This document shows, one piece after another, positions 63,681 through 64,000 of a stretch of 64,000 nucleotides of DNA. The position numbers were made by a program, and so were the translations under genes. The stretch lies in contig NC_043000.1 in NCBI RefSeq assembly GCF_006345805.1, forward strand, positions 5,952,001 through 6,016,000, given 5' to 3'. The notes under the pieces were generated by a model. The model saw only the letters and a program-made list of their open reading frames with translations, was not told where the DNA came from and did not search any database. Positions within the stretch are counted from its first letter, which is position 1; every line of letters starts with the position of its first letter. The DNA comes from Octopus sinensis. Its lineage: Eukaryota.

Positions 63681-64000
63681 GTAAGTTGGTCAGTTGGGAG
63701 TATTGCTAATAAATTGGTTGCTACACCTATTGTAAATTTTTATTCGAAGTGTAAAATATTTCCTGGTATTAACTTAATTTTCACTTAAATGATCTGCATG
63801 CTTTGCTGAAGTGTGTGGGTAGACAGGTGCATGCATGACACTGTATTTAAGAATTTGGGTTTCAGCCATGTGATTTTGGGTTCAGACTATCCTAACAGAA
63901 AGGGAGGTTATGTATATATCCTTCCTTTCTGTTAAGAGGCGCAAACACTTACAAAGTACTTATGGTAAAAGTGCCCGTGTGGTGCCACGTAAAAGCATCC

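Overview
AT-rich eukaryotic genomic DNA, most likely from an octopus or related coleoid cephalopod (inferred from the SINE families and the very dense (TA)n/(CA)n/(ATT)n/(GAT)n microsatellites; not database-checked). The window lies inside one + strand gene, an alpha-arrestin (ARRDC2/3/4-TXNIP family, ARRDC3-like). Six internal coding exons (73, 148, 103, 141, 116, 208 nt) have GT-AG borders and splice into one open frame; the first and last exons are outside the window. The introns (5-16 kb) are filled with transposable elements: several modular tRNA-type SINE families, RTE and CR1-like LINE relics, a full-length dead DD34D mariner, a palindromic DD41D derivative, a maT-like relic, piggyBac-like and hAT-like MITEs, and Helitron/Helentron-like elements. 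Nearly all ORFs in the supplied track are repeat artefacts. I found no convincing new multi-gene system. The most unusual signals are a 30 x 34-bp minisatellite apparently built from a SINE head carrying a Pol III A-box, the DD41D fold-back element, a perfect 125-bp inverted duplication, a tail-to-tail SINE hairpin, a hammerhead-like motif, SINE head/tail shuffling, and an extra intron relative to the vertebrate gene as I recall it. Repeat boundaries were read by eye and are approximate unless a TSD or TIR is quoted.
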